DNA of 64,000 bases from Eledone cirrhosa. Its lineage: Eukaryota. The DNA lies in assembly GCA_964016885.1 (NCBI GenBank), contig OZ024746.1:68200001-68264000 (forward strand). The letters are read 5' to 3'. The notes under the pieces were generated by a model that saw only the letters and a program-made list of their open reading frames with translations, made no database searches and had not been told where the DNA came from. Made by a program: the position numbers and the translations under genes. This document shows, in pieces, positions 25,432-39,936 of this stretch (position 1 is the first letter of the stretch; every line of letters starts with the position of its first letter).

Positions 25432-26404
25432 ATCATCATCATCATCGTTTAACGTCCATGTTCCACGCTTGCATGGGTTTGGATGGGAGTTTTCCTACTT
25501 GAGGCAAGAGTGGTTGTCTTGCTCGCATAGGACTGTCTGGCGGGTTTTCTACAGTTGGATGCCCTTCCTAACACCAACCACATTTACAGTGTGGGACTGG
25601 GAGGTTTTTACCGTGTTGCCTACACGGCCACATTACAGCGTGGACTGTGTGTTTTTTTGTCGTGACACTTACACGATCTCATTTGTTTCGGCCTGGATGT
25701 TGTGGCACCAACATAACTTTACATTGAAAGGGGCGGTGTGGATGGGGTGGGGGTGGTGTGACAGGGGCGTATTTTGTTAGAGATGCCTACTGTCTATAGT
25801 AGGTTTACTTTGTATTGAGGCAAGGCGGGTCTTCTCTATTACTGAGTACCGCCAAAGATCTCGGTCCAGTGACATTGTCTTGGAGAGGTGTAAGTGTGTG
25901 AGGTCAGAATTTATCAGGTCGTCCCAGGATTTTCAGGGTCTGCCTACTCCGTGGCTACCATCTATCTTTATTGCCCGCACTTTTTTATACAGCTGTCGTC
26001 TTTCATGCGCATCACGTGACCATACCAACATAGCCTTCTCTCGAGTAAACAACATCTGATCCCTCTTATTTCTAATTTTTCCCTTAGTTCGTTTATGCTT
26101 TGCCGTTCATGTATATTACTATTACACATCCAGCGGAGCATGCAAGCTTCGTTCCTCTCTAGCCTGCACACAATGCCCAAGTCTCACTGCCATGCAACAT
26201 TGCTGTTCGTATGCAGGCATCATACAACCTGCCTTTCATTTTTAGGGAGAACCCTTTAGCGGCTAATAGTGGTATAAGCTCTCTGAACTTTTTCCATCCA
26301 GTTCTGACTCTAGCTACTGTACTTTCAGAGCACCCTCCCCCACTGCTGATTTTGTCACCCAGATAACGGAAGCTGTCCACTATTTCTATAGAACCCTCTG
26401 CGCA

Positions 26405-26406
<2 letters not shown>
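25432..26406 (-). mobile_element. RTE family C 3' fragment, tail-to-tail with RTE-A copy 1
   Basis: Homologous to 37718-38734; small deletion/frameshift near 26165; 5' end runs into (TA)n. Confidence 0.93.
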
Positions 26407-26444
<38 letters not shown>

Positions 26445-26462
26445 ATATATATATATATATAT

Positions 26463-26584
<122 letters not shown>

Positions 26585-26714
26585 CATGTAAAGTTATATT
26601 TAAAATTGTTGGGTTACAACTAGTAAATATTTATAACTGATATAAAAGCACTCGACAAATACTTGGAGTATATTTACAATATTAAATAAATGGAAAACTA
26701 TATTTATAAAACCA

Positions 26715-26789
26715 TATTTATTTCATTATATATATTTCGGGGATATCATATTAACAATATGCTATGCCTTCATCAGACAAAATACAATA
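26715..26789 (-). ncRNA. Minimal hammerhead ribozyme motif
   Basis: tattgtattttgt-CTGATGA-aggcatagcatattgttaatatgatatcccc-GAAA-t-atat-ATA-atgaaataaata; stem I pairs; the first stem II pair is an A:C mismatch. Confidence 0.65.
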
Positions 26790-26947
26790 TAAACAGTTTT
26801 ATAGATAAATATATTCGACATACCGTAATAAACATCAACATCATTTGAAGAGGTTCACTCTAGCAGTGAACCTCTAGAGTGAACCTCTTCAAATGATGTT
26901 GATGTTTATTACGGTATGTCGAATATATTTATCTATAAAACTGTTTA

Positions 26948-27022
26948 TATTGTATTTTGTCTGATGAAGGCATAGCATATTGTTAATATGATATCCCCGA
27001 AATTAATATAATGAAATAAATA
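26948..27022 (+). ncRNA. Minimal hammerhead ribozyme motif (loop III variant taat)
   Basis: CTGATGA at 26961-26967, GAAA at 26999-27002, AUA triplet. Confidence 0.6.
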
Positions 27023-27058
27023 TGGTTTTATAAATATAGTTTTCCATTTATTTAATAT

Positions 27059-27128
<70 letters not shown>

Positions 27129-27190
27129 ATATATATACATATATTATATATATATATATATATACATATATTATATATATATATATATAT

Positions 27191-27222
<32 letters not shown>

Positions 27223-27243
27223 ATATTATATATATATATATAT

Positions 27244-27275
<32 letters not shown>

Positions 27276-27307
27276 ATATTATATATATATTATATATATA
27301 TATATAT

Positions 27308-27338
<31 letters not shown>

Positions 27339-27375
27339 CGATATTAAATAAATGGAAACTATATTTATAAAACCA

Positions 27376-27450
27376 TATTTATTTCATTATATATATTTCA
27401 GGGACATCATATTAAAAATATGGTATGCCTTCATCAGACAAAATACAATA
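27376..27450 (-). ncRNA. Minimal hammerhead ribozyme motif
   Basis: Reverse complement of the 27491-27565 motif with one stem II difference. Confidence 0.65.
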
Positions 27451-27490
27451 TAAACAGTCTTATAAATAGATCTATTTATAAGACTGTTTA

Positions 27491-27565
27491 TATTGTATTT
27501 TGTCTGATGAAGGCATACCATATTTTTAATATGATATCCCTGAAATATATATAATGAAATAAATA
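27491..27565 (+). ncRNA. Minimal hammerhead ribozyme motif (best-formed copy)
   Basis: CTGATGA 27504-27510; stem II agg..cct with inner catatt/aatatg; GAAA 27542-27545; palindromic tetraloop atat; cleavage triplet ATA 27551-27553; stem I tattttgt/atgaaata. Confidence 0.7.
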
Positions 27566-27697
27566 TGGTTTTATAAATATAGTTTCCATTTATTTAATAT
27601 CGTAAATATACTCCAAATACTTGTTGAGTGCTTCTTATATGAGTTATAAATATTTATTCGTTGTAACCCAACAATTTAAATAAAACTTTGCATATAT

Positions 27698-27858
<161 letters not shown>

Positions 27859-27880
27859 TATATATATATATATTATATAT

Positions 27881-30720
27881 ATCATCATCATCATCATCAT
27901 CATCATCATTTTACGTCCGCTTTTCCCTGCTTGCAAGGGTGGGACGGGTCTTATTCAGCACAGCATCTCTCCACTCGTCACGGTCCCTCGTCATCTCCAC
28001 TGTGAGCTTCAATGATCTGAGGTCTGTTCTCACCACCTCCGCCCATGTTTTTCGTGGTCTACCTCTACCACGTCTTCCTTCAACTGGCATTTCCTGGCAC
28101 TTCTTCACCCATCGGTCATCCTCCATGCGCATCACATGTCCATACCACCTCAGTCTCCTCTCCCGTACACTACATTCTATCCCTCTCAGACACAGTTTCT
28201 CTCTCAACACATTTATGCTGGGTCGTTCACGCACATTTACACTGCACATCCAACGGAGCATGCTTGCCTCATTTCTCTCCAGCCGTCGCATATCTTCTGC
28301 GGTAGCTGCCCATGTCTCACTACCATGCAGCATCACGCTCCTCACACAGGCATCATACAACCGGCCTTTCGTACGCAGGGAGAAACCCTTCTTCGTCAAC
28401 AGAGGAAGCAGCTCCCTAAACTTCTTCCAACCCGTCCTTATTCTAGATACTATGGCCTCGGAACACCCTCCTCCCATGCTAATCTGATCTCCTAGGTACC
28501 GGAAGCTATCCACCACTTCTATAGCGCCCTCTCGCATTTGAAAAATGTGTCTATCAGTACGACTTCTACTGTCTAATTTCCCTGTACATCTACTGCATAC
28601 ATATTTCTCCCTACCTGTTAGTTTGCCTGCTATCCCGCTACATCTCTTGTGTACCCAGGACCTACATTGTGTGCATTTTATAGAATTTATGCCAGTTCCT
28701 TTTCTGCATATCGAACATGGCTATTTCCCTGACGGAATCAGGGTTTTGTCCTCTTTTCTACTCATCAACACTTTTGTCTTAGCTAGATTTACTCTCAGTC
28801 CTCTTGCTTCCAACTGCTGTTTCCATAGCCGGAATTTATTCTCTAGCTCCTCTACTGATTCTGCCATAAGAGCCAGATCGTCAGCATAGAGAAGTTCCCA
28901 TGGACAGCCAGTCTTAAACTCCTCTGTTATGGCTTGGAGGACTATAATGAACAAGAGCGGGCTGAGGACCGAACCCTGATGTACTCCTACTTGTATCTGG
29001 AATTCCTCACTAAACTCCATTCCTACCCTGACTTTACTGAGAATACCTCTGTACAAAGTTTGCACTGTCCTTACAAGCCATTCCTCAACACCCAGCTTCC
29101 TTAGGGACCACCAGATGACAGATCGGGGTACCCTATCAAAGGCCTTCTCTAGGTCAACAAAGGCTAAGTATAGTGGCTTATTCTTCTCTAAGAACCTCTC
29201 TTGCATTTGTCTCACCAAGAAGAGGGCATCTGTTGTACTCTTCCCAGGCACAAAACCAAACTGCATCTCATCTAGTTTGACCCTTTCTCTAATTAGTTGT
29301 GCTAAAATCCTTTCTGCCACTTTCATAACCTGATCTATCAGTTTTATACCCCTATAATTGCTCCTCTCCAAAGCATCCCCTTTACCTTTGTAGCAATTTA
29401 TGAGAATACTGCTGCACCAGTCTTTGGGTATGACACCACCATATATAGCCTGATTGATTATGCGTGCAACCAGTTTAGTGCCTACGTCCCCTGATGCCTT
29501 CAGCATCTCAGCAACTATTCCCGATGGTCCGGCCGCCTTACCATTTTTCATTTCCCTAATCGCCTCTTGGACCCTATATTCGTCAATCTCAATAGCTGGT
29601 CCCTCTGTCGGATCTACCAAGGGTAATTTCTCTCTCCCCCATTCGTTCTCCACATTCATCAGTCTCTCATAATGACATTTCCAGGCCTCCTTTTTCTGGT
29701 CATTCGTGACACTAAGTACACCGGCATCATCCCGGACACATTTATCACCAACAACATCCTGATTTGCATTGACACACTGCCTTGCAATGTGGAACACTGC
29801 ACGCCTCTGATCTTCCCGTCGCAGAACATTGGCAAACCTCCTACTCTCTGCCTCCCTGCGTGCTAAGTACACCTGACGTCTAGCTTCTCTCTTAGTGGCT
29901 GTATATTCTTCCCTACTCCCACCCTTATTCCAAGCCTTCCATGCTAGTCTTTTGTCTCTAATAGCCTTATCTACACTGCTGTTCCACCACCAGGTCACTC
30001 TCTGTCTGGTTGGAGCTCTGCTCCAGCCACAGGTTTCATCAGTAGCCTTCAGCAAGTTGTCACGTAAGAACTTCCAGTTATTATCTATGTCATACGTCTC
30101 TAAATCGTCTTCTTTTTCGTCATATACATCTTGAAGGGCTTTCCTAAATTTGAATTTTAGTGAAAGGTCTTTTAGCTTCCAGACCTTTCTTCTCCACACC
30201 TTCCTATATGTCTCATTCCATCTCTTGCTTACTGAGATATCACTAACAACTAACCTATGCTGTGGGGTACATTCTTCCCCAGGGTATGCCTTGGTATTAG
30301 ACACTATCTGCCTGTCCCGCTGCCTAACTAGCAGCTAAGTCAATCTGGCTTATGTGCTCACCAGATTTGTAGGTTATTAGGTGATTGGCAGGTTTCTGGA
30401 AGTTTGTGTTGCAAATAGTCAATGTACTTGCATCACAAAATTCAAGAAGTCTCACTCCTTCTTCATTTCTTGAACCGTAACCGTGACCACCATGTACCCC
30501 AGTGTAACCATCCTGGAGCTGTCCAACATGACCATTGAAGTCTCCTGCTAGCATAACGATGTCTCCGTCCTCTGTCATTGTGGTTGTTTGCAAAAGTTGC
30601 TCATAAAAGCAGTCTTTCTCATCTTTGCCTAGGCCTGCTTGGGGAGCATAGACCGAGATGATTGTCAGTAGTCTCCTACCTACAACTAATCTAAGCTTAA
30701 TTATTCGATTACTAACTCTA
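27881..30720 (-). mobile_element. RTE family B, 5'-truncated (part of APE, RT, PHD, C-terminus)
   Basis: ORF pieces 30324-30593, 28721-30304 and 27911-28537; frameshift near 30337, TAG at 28721-28723; ORF stop directly precedes the (ATG)n tail; both ends in (TA)n. Confidence 0.95.
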
Positions 30721-30784
30721 TTATATATATATATATATTATATATATATATATATTATATATATATATATATATTATATATATA

Positions 30785-30896
<112 letters not shown>

Positions 30897-31201
30897 CATC
30901 ATCATCATCATCACCGTTTTACGTCAGTTCTTCCACGCTAGCATGGGTTAGACGGGTTGTCCTGTTGTGGGCAGTGTCTGGTCGGCTGACCATGCCTTGC
31001 TCATACAGGAACTGATCTGGCTTGATTTCTACAGCTGGATGCCCTTCCTAACACCAACCTCATTTACAGTGAGTGCTGGGTGCTTTTTCGTGGCGCCTAC
31101 ACGTCCACTTTACAGTGTGGGCTGGGTGCTTTTTTGCCGTGGCACCTCCACGACCACCTTGCGGTGGGGGGGGGGGGGGGGGGGCATATTGTTTATATGC
31201 T

Positions 31202-34200
31202 TCAGCATGTACCCATGGGAGGTCGGGTACCCTGTATTACTGCGTGACGCCAGAAGTCACGGTCGTGTGTCATTGACTTTGAGAGGTGTAGTTGGGTAAG
31301 GTCGGCTTTTATCACCTCATCCCAAGTCATCTTGGGTCTCCCCACTCCGCGGTTTCCATCAACTTCTAGTGCTCTGCACCTTTTTATGCAGCTGTCATCC
31401 TTCATACGCATCACATGTCCATACCAGCGTAACCGCCTCTCCTGCACGCAGCATTTGATTCCTCTTATGCTCAGTCTCTCTCTCAATTCATTTATGCTTT
31501 GTCGTTCACGTATATTACTGTTACACATCCATCGGAGCATGCAGGCTTCGTTTCTCTCTAATCTACGTAAGTCTTCCACCTTCAGCGCCCAGGTCTCACT
31601 ACCATGCAACATCGCTGTTCGGATACACGCATCATACAGTCTGCCTTTCATTCTGAGGGAGAAGCCTTTTGCAGCTAGCAGTGGTAGTAGTTCCCTAAAC
31701 TTCTTCCATCCCGTTCTTACCCTAGTTATTGTACTTTCTGAGCACCCACCTCCGTTGCTAATTCGGTCACCTAGGTAGCAGAAGCTGTCTACTGTTTCTA
31801 CAGGGCCCTCCCAGAGATTGGTGGTACTTGTTTCCTGTGGCTGTTTGCTTGCTGTTTCAGCACAGCTGCTGCATGTGAATCCTACATTCTTAATTAAGCT
31901 TCCTGAGATCCCGCTACATCTCTTGTGTACCCATTGTTTGCATTTGGGGCAAAGAATGGAGTTCCTACCTACACACTGAGCAAGGCCATTTCCCTGAGGG
32001 GATCTGGGTTCTGTTTTCTCGTCTACTTATAAGGACCTTAGTCTTTGTCATGTTGACTTTGAGGCCCTTTCTCTCTAGTCCCTGCTTCCAGGTTTGGAAT
32101 TTATTCTCTAGTTCTACCATAGATTCAGCTATGAGTGCGAGGTCATCAGCATACAGGAGTTCCCATGGGCATCCGGTCTTAAACTCCTCCGTTATTGCCT
32201 GCAGGACTATGATGAACAGGAGAGGGCTAAGAACAGAGCCCTGGTGGACCCCAACCTGTACGCTAAATTCCTCGCTATACTCATTGCCAATCCTAACTTT
32301 GCTGACTGCTCCCCTATACATGGCTTGTACCGCTTTCACAAGCCATTCATCTACTCCTAGTTTTCTAAGAGCCCACCAGATTACTGCACGTGGAACTCTG
32401 TCAAAGGCTTTCTCAAGGTCGACAAATGCCAAGTAGAGTGGCTTACTTTTAGCTAGGTACTTTTCCTGTAATTGCCTCACAAGGAAGAGGGCATCAGTGG
32501 TGCCTTTCCCTGGTACAAACCCAAATTGCATCTCGTCTATATTCACCCGGTCCCTAATCAGCTGTGCTATAACTCTTTCTGTTACTTTCATGACCTGGTC
32601 CATCAACTTTATACCTCTATAGTTTCCTCTATCTAGTGCATCGCCTTTACCTTTGTAGCAGTTGACAATGATGCTACTGCACCAATCTTTTGGTATGGCC
32701 CCCTCTAGTATTACCTGGTTAACGATACGTGTGGTTATAGTGTGACCTACAGACCCAGATGCCTTCAGCATCTCGGCAGCTATACCCGATGGACCGGTTG
32801 CCTTCCCTATCTTCATATCTCTGATTGCCTTACTTACTACGCTGCCGCTGACTTGTACTGCTGGTCCCTCTATAGGGACTACGTGGGGTAGGGTCTCTTC
32901 TTCCCATGCATTCTCCTCATTTAGTAATCTATCATAATGACTCTTCCATGCATCTTTCTTCTCAGCACTTGTGAGGGCAAGCTCACCTTTATCATTCCGG
33001 ATACACTTCTCTCCAATGACATCACAACTATCTCTGACACACTGCCTCGCAATCTTGAATACCTCCTGTTTCTGGTCCTCACGTTGTAAAACATGCTTGA
33101 ATTTTCTATCCTCTGCTTCCCTCCTAGCTAAGTATACTTGTCGCCTAGCTTCCCTCTTGGTCTCTATGTAATGTACCCTGCTCCCCCCGTTCTTCCATTC
33201 TTTCCATGCCTGTCTCTTGGCCTTGACTGCTTCATCTACCTTATTGTTCCACCACCAAGTCACTCTCCTCCTGCTTGAGGTCTTACTCCAGCCACAAACC
33301 TCATCCGTCGCCTCTAGTAAGTTATTTTTTAGGAACTCCCAGTTCTCTTCTACGTTAAATGTCTTTATCTGTTCTTCTTTACTGTCGTAGGCGTTGAGTA
33401 AAATATCTTTAAATCTGTTACTGGTTGAGGGGACTTTCAGCTTCCAGATCTTTCTTCTCCAGGTTGGCCTCTGTTTCAGGGCTCGTCTAGTTCTGACCGT
33501 GAGGTCGCTGACAACTAAGCTATGTTGGGATGTACATTCCTCACTAGGGAAGGCTTTTGTGTTTACGACCGTCTATCTGTCACGTCCTCTGATGAGGATA
33601 AAATCTAACTGACTAGAGTGCTCCCCTGATCTATAGGTGATCAGGTGGTTGTCGGGTTTTTTAAAGTTTGTGTTACATATCGACATGTCATTGGCGTCGC
33701 AGAATTCTAGAAGTCTGAATCCTTCCTCATTCCTTGTGCCAACTCCATGGCCTCCATGTACTCTATTGAAGCCGTCGCAGTGTTTACCTACATGTCCGTT
33801 AAAATCTCCTGCAATGATTAGGAAGTCCTTGTCGTCTGTTAGAGCAGTAGTGTGTATTAGGGACTCGTAAAACCTATCCTTAAGTTCGTCTGGCAGCCCC
33901 GATTGGGGTGCGTAAGCTGATATTATTGTGGTAATTGTCTTATTCAGGACTAGTCTGAGTTTAATGATTCTTGCATTTACCCTGTACACTGAGATTACTT
34001 TATCTACCCACTTGTCAGCTAATAGTATACCTACACCACCCATCCCATCGTCATTTCCCACCCAGAAAAATTTGTAGCACTGGCTTTTTCCTACAAGGAC
34101 TCTAGCAGACCCTCCTCTCCATCTAGTCTCTTGCACACAGCATACATCAACTTCCTTTCGCTCTAGCATTTCTACGATTTCTCCTGCTCTTCCTTTCATT

Positions 34201-34310
34201 GAGCCTACATTGATGGTACCAACTCGGAGTTTTGGGCATTTGTCGACACTCGTAGGGGAGGGTCTCTGGGTTGGCGCTTCACGTGGGTGCTTGGTAGCTC
34301 GCAGATTCAT
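31202..34310 (-). pseudogene. RTE-A ORF copy 2; TAG at 33573-33575 and an 11-bp deletion near 31970
   Basis: 3109 nt versus 3120 nt in copy 1; the deletion lies between short 'tgtagg' direct repeats. Confidence 0.95.
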
Positions 34311-34548
34311 ATTTCATCTATTGATTCAGAGTTGCTCGTGTATTCCCAGCTCATCCATCCATAACGGTGGGAAAATTGAGGGCTAGAAGGACAGTGGTGG
34401 TGGGGTAATGGCAGGGTGTGTTGGGATGCGCCAGAGGAGGAGAGAGTTAGTTAGGCAGGTAGTAGCAGCAGCAGCAGTGGAAATGGCATGCTAGGTTTGA
34501 TTGGTCGAATAGACTATGGTGGTGTGTGGGGGGGGGGTGAAATTGTGA

Positions 34549-36764
34549 GGTAGGAACTGAGGGTCGCATGGTAAATATCCAAGTTAATAAGTTAATACTA
34601 CATCAGTAAAATTAACAATAATAACGTCATGAAAAAAACTACTAAGAGAAACCCTCGAAAATTTATCGCTAATACAGCAGGGAAAATTTAACGCTAATAC
34701 AGCAGGGAACATCATAATATTAACGACAATATGTAGGCTAAAATACCTTCGTAGATTAGATGGATGGCTGGCTGGGAAAATTGGAATCACCAGCTCTAGT
34801 GATACATTTTAGCAGAGAAGAATGGGAAAGTGTCTTATCTCTTCAATATTTTCAGATTGAATGAATTAGGTTAAAGACAGGGTAGTAAGCCTTAAAGAAG
34901 TGCATAGAGAGGGGGGGGGTAGGAACTGAGGGTCGCATGGTAAATAACTGAGAGAGATACAATAGGATTAGAATACCGCATGGTAAATATCCAAGTTAAT
35001 AAGTTAATACTACATCAGTAAAATTAACAATAATAACGTCATGAAAAAAACTACTAAGAGAAACCCTCGAAAATTTATCGCTAATACAGCAGGGAAAATT
35101 TAACGCTAATACAGCAGGGAACATCATAATATTAACGACAATATGTAGGCTAAAATACCTTCGTAGATTAGATGGATGGCTGGCTGGGAAAATTGGAATC
35201 AGCAGCTCTAGTGATACATTTTAGCAGAGAAGAATGGGAAAGTGTCTTATCTCTTCAATATTTTCAGATTGAATGAATTAGGTTAAAGACAGGGTAGTAA
35301 GCCTTAAAGAAGTGCATAGAGAGGGGGGGGGTAGGAACTGAGGGTCGCATGGTAAATAACTGAGAGAGATACAATAGGATTAGAATACCGCATGGTAAAT
35401 ATCCAAGTTAATAAGTTAATACTACATCAGTAAAATTAACAATAATAACGTCATGAAAAAAACTACTAAGAGAAACCCTCGAAAATTTATCGCTAATACA
35501 GCAGGGAAAATTTAACGCTAATACAGCAGGGAACATCATAATATTAACGACAATATGTAGGCTAAAATACCTTCGTAGATTAGATGGATGGCTGGCTGGG
35601 AAAATTGGAATCACCAGCTCTAGTGATACATTTTAGCAGAGAAGAATGGGAAAGTGTCTTATCTCTTCAATATTTTCAGATTGAATGAATTAGGTTAAAG
35701 ACAGGGTAGTAAGCCTTAAAGAAGTGCATAGAGAGGGGGGGGTAGGAACTGAGGGTCGCATGGTAAATAACTGAGAGAGATACAATAGGATTAGAATACC
35801 GCATGGTAAATATCCAAGTTAATAAGTTAATACTACATCAGTAAAATTAACAATAATAACGTCATGAAAAAAACTACTAAGAGAAACCCTCGAAAATTTA
35901 TCGCTAATACAGCAGGGAAAATTTAACGCTAATACAGCAGGGAACATCATAATATTAACGACAATATGTAGGCTAAAATACCTTCGTAGATTAGATGGAT
36001 GGCTGGCTGGGAAAATTGGAATCAGCAGCTCTAGTGATACATTTTAGCAGAGAAGAATGGGAAAGTGTCTTATCTCTTCAATATTTTCAGATTGAATGAA
36101 TTAGGTTAAAGACAGGGTAGTAAGCCTTAAAGAAGTGCATAGAGAGGGGGGGGTAGGAACTGAGGGTCGCATGGTAAATAACTGAGAGAGATACAATAGG
36201 ATTAGAATACCGCATGGTAAATATCCAAGTTAATAAGTTAATACTACATCAGTAAAATTAACAATAATAACGTCATGAAAAAAACTACTAAGAGAAACCC
36301 TCGAAAATTTATCGCTAATACAGCAGGGAAAATTTAACGCTAATACAGCAGGGAACATCATAATATTAACGACAATATGTAGGCTAAAATACCTTCGTAG
36401 ATTAGATGGATGGCTGGCTGGGAAAATTGGAATCAGCAGCTCTAGTGATACATTTTAGCAGAGAAGAATGGGAAAGTGTCTTATCTCTTCAATATTTTCA
36501 GATTGAATGAATTAGGTTAAAGACAGGGTAGTAAGCCTTAAAGAAGTGCATAGAGAGGGGGGGGTAGGAACTGAGGGTCGCATGGTAAATAACTGAGAGA
36601 GATACAATAGGATTAGAATACCGCATGGTAAATATCCAAGTTAATAAGTTAATACTACATCAGTAAAATTAACAATAATAACGTCATGAAAAAAACTACT
36701 AAGAGAAACCCTCGAAAATTTATCGCTAATACAGCAGGGAAAATTTAACGCTAATACAGCAGGG

Positions 36765-36769
<5 letters not shown>
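34549..36769 (-). repeat. Tandem array of ~411-bp monomers (one 369-bp unit, four 411-412-bp units, one ~205-bp partial)
   Basis: 'aggaactgagggtcgc' recurs at 34552, 34921, 35333, 35744, 36155 and 36566. Confidence 0.98.
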
Positions 36770-36796
<27 letters not shown>

Positions 36797-36800
<4 letters not shown>

Positions 36801-38734
36801 CCAAGTCGTACAGAATGGGGTTGTTCCGAAGGACTGGCATAGCAGCATCATCGTTAACTGTTATAAGGGTAAAGGAGATGCCCTAGATAGGAGTAACTAT
36901 AGAGGCATTAAATTAATCGACCAGGTCATGAAGGTCACGGAAAAAGTAATAGCGCAACTAATCAGAGAGAGAATTGACCTAGATGAAATGCAGTTCGGGT
37001 TTGTGTCAGGAAAAAGTACCACAGACGCTCTTTTCCTTGTACGGCAACTACAGGAGAAGTACCTAGCTAAAGGTAAACCCCTCTACTTAGCTTTTGTCGA
37101 CTTGGAGAAAGCCTTCGACAGAGTCCCCCGCTCCATTATCTGGTGGGCTCTTAGAAAACTAGGGGTTGACGAATGGCTTGTGAGAGCTATACAAGCCATG
37201 TATAAAGAAACAGTCAGCAAGGTTAGAATTAACAACGAATATAGTGAAGAGTTTAGCGTAAAAGTTGGCGTCCATCAGGGCTCTGTTCTCAGCCCCCTAC
37301 TATTTATTATTGCCCTTCAAGCTATAACAGAGGAGTTCAAGACCGGCTGCCCATGGGAACTCCTATACGCAGACGACCTGACACTCATAGCTGAATCAAT
37401 GGCTGAGCTAGAGAAGAAATTCCAAACATGGAAGCACGGCCTAGAATCAAAAGGACTTAAAATTAACCTGGCTAAGACTAAAGTTCTAGTTTGTAGGAAA
37501 GAAAATAAGGCGGCGGTCCCTTCTGGGAAATGGCCATGGTCAGTGTGTAGGAAAGGCGTAGGTAGAAACTCCATTTTATGTCCCAAATGCAAAGTATGGG
37601 TGCATAAAAGATGTAGTGGGATCACAGGTAAGCTAACTAAGAACATAGATTTTACATGTGGCCGGTGCTCTGGTGCAATAAGTAGCAGCAAGTGCCCACA
37701 AAATACTAGCTCTTTCAATTGCGCAGAGGGTTCTATAGAAATAGTGGACAGCTTCCGTTACCTGGGCGACAAAATCAGCAGTGGGGGAGGGTGCTCTGAA
37801 AGTACAGTAGCTAGAGTCAGAACTGGCTGGAAAAAGTTCAGAGAGCTTATACCACTATTAGCTGCTAAAGGGTTCTCCCTAAAAATGAAAGGCAGGTTGT
37901 ATGATGCCTGCATACGAACAGCAATGTTGCATGGCAGTGAGACTTGGGCATTGTGTGCAGAGGATATACGCAGACTAGAGAGGAACGAAGCTTGCATGCT
38001 CCGCTGGATGTGTAACAGTAATATACGTGAACGGCAAAGCATAACCGAACTAAGCAAAAAATTAGAAATAAGAGGGATCAGATGTTGTTTACTCGAGAGA
38101 AGGCTACGTTGGTATGGACACGTGATGCGCATGAAAGTCGATAGCTGTATAACAAAGTGCAGGGCAATAAAGATAGACGGTAGCCACGGAATAGGCAGAC
38201 CTAGAAAAACCTGGGACGAGCTGATAAACTCCGACCTCACACACTTACACCTCTCCAAGACAATGTCACTGGACCGAGACCTTTGGCGGTACTCAGTAAC
38301 AGAGAAGACCCGCCTTACCTAAATACATAGTAAAACCTACTACAGCCAGTAGGCATCTCTAACAAAATACACCCCGTCCCACCACCCCCACCCCATCCAC
38401 ACCACCCCGTTCTATGTAAAGTTATGTTGGTGCCGCGCCATTATGTTGGTGCCGCGCTATCCAGGCCGAAACAAATGAGATCGTGTAGGTGTCACGACAA
38501 AAAAACACACAGTCCACGCTGTAATGTGGCCGTGTAGGCAACACGGTAAAAACCTCCCAGACCCACACTGTAAATGTGGTTGGTGTTAGGAAGGGCATCC
38601 AACTGTAGAAAACCTGCCAGACAGTCCTATGCGAGCAAGACAATCACTCTTGCCTCAAGTGGGAATACCCCCGTCCAAACCCATGCAAGCGTGGAACACG
38701 GATGTTAAACGTTGATGATGATGATGATGATGAT
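36797..38734 (+). mobile_element. RTE family C, 5'-truncated
   Basis: RT to C-terminus, ~390-nt 3' UTR, (GAT)n tail; both ends in (TA)n. Confidence 0.95.
36928..38322 (+). pseudogene. Uninterrupted RT-PHD-C-terminal part of the RTE-C ORF (no endonuclease)
   Basis: 464-aa ORF with FVDLEKAFD, LYADD, CPKCKVWVHKRC and RRLRWYGHV; first PHD Cys replaced by Trp. Confidence 0.92.
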
Positions 38735-39250
<516 letters not shown>

Positions 39251-39710
39251 ATAGTAGATATAAATATACACATTTATATATGATAGGCTTCCTTACAGTT
39301 TTCATTTATAAAATACAGTCACATGACACTGGTTAGTTTCAAGCCATTGTAAAAGACACTTGTCCAAGATGGCTGCCATACAGCCATGCCTGTGTCTAAT
39401 GTATTAGAAATTAATCTTCAGCTGCCATTAATGATTATAGAGTCCCTATAGTCTTTAGTTAAATATATCTTCCAAAGCAAACTCTGATGTGGGATATATT
39501 TCATACAAGAATAGCATGAATCAATATGATTCAATAAAGATATGTTCTATGAAAATATTAATTTTTTACCTCATAAAGTCAAGGAATCTTCAGAAAGAAA
39601 TCTGATTTTGTATGGCTTATTGACTTAAAAGTCAAACAAAAAATAATGTACTGAAGTAAATAAAAGTGTTTATGAAAATAATTTTTGCAGGATTTCTCTG
39701 TTGTATTTAA

Positions 39711-39936
39711 CTCTTTTGTAAACATGTTTTCAAATGAAATTTTAAAATTGACTTTTAAAAATAATAACGAATTCGAAAGGATTTAATAAAGTAATTGACT
39801 TTTCCATTATTAAATTGGAGTCTGGTGCATAACTTAACAAAAGGTTCTGACATAAAATTATGATCGGTTTGAATTTAAATACAAGCATTTTGAAATGGGA
39901 AGCTTTGTGTTATAGAATAGATTGATATCAAAAGGG
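39711..39936. mobile_element. piggyBac-like MITE (degenerate)
   Basis: TTAA-ctcttttg ... caaaaggg-TTAA. Confidence 0.55.

Larger units (their letters stand above)
26586..27062. mobile_element. Penelope-like pLTR remnant with fold-back (arms 26675-26863 / 26874-27062)
   Basis: ~189-bp near-perfect inverted repeat; each arm carries a hammerhead motif; (TA)n on both sides. Confidence 0.7.
27337..27692. mobile_element. Second Penelope-like pLTR remnant; 268-bp palindrome 27337-27604 plus tail
   Basis: Loopless palindrome centred at 27470/27471 (taga|tcta); tail 27605-27692 is the inverted homologue of 26586-26674. Confidence 0.7.

Noticed and set aside
34549-36769. Array considered as a CRISPR array, retrozyme or coding repeat (68-aa ORFs at 34584 and 35408)
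   Set aside because: There are no unique spacers. I found no CUGANGA..GAAA core on either strand. The 68-aa ORF call depends on a non-ATG start created by the C/G variant in only two units.
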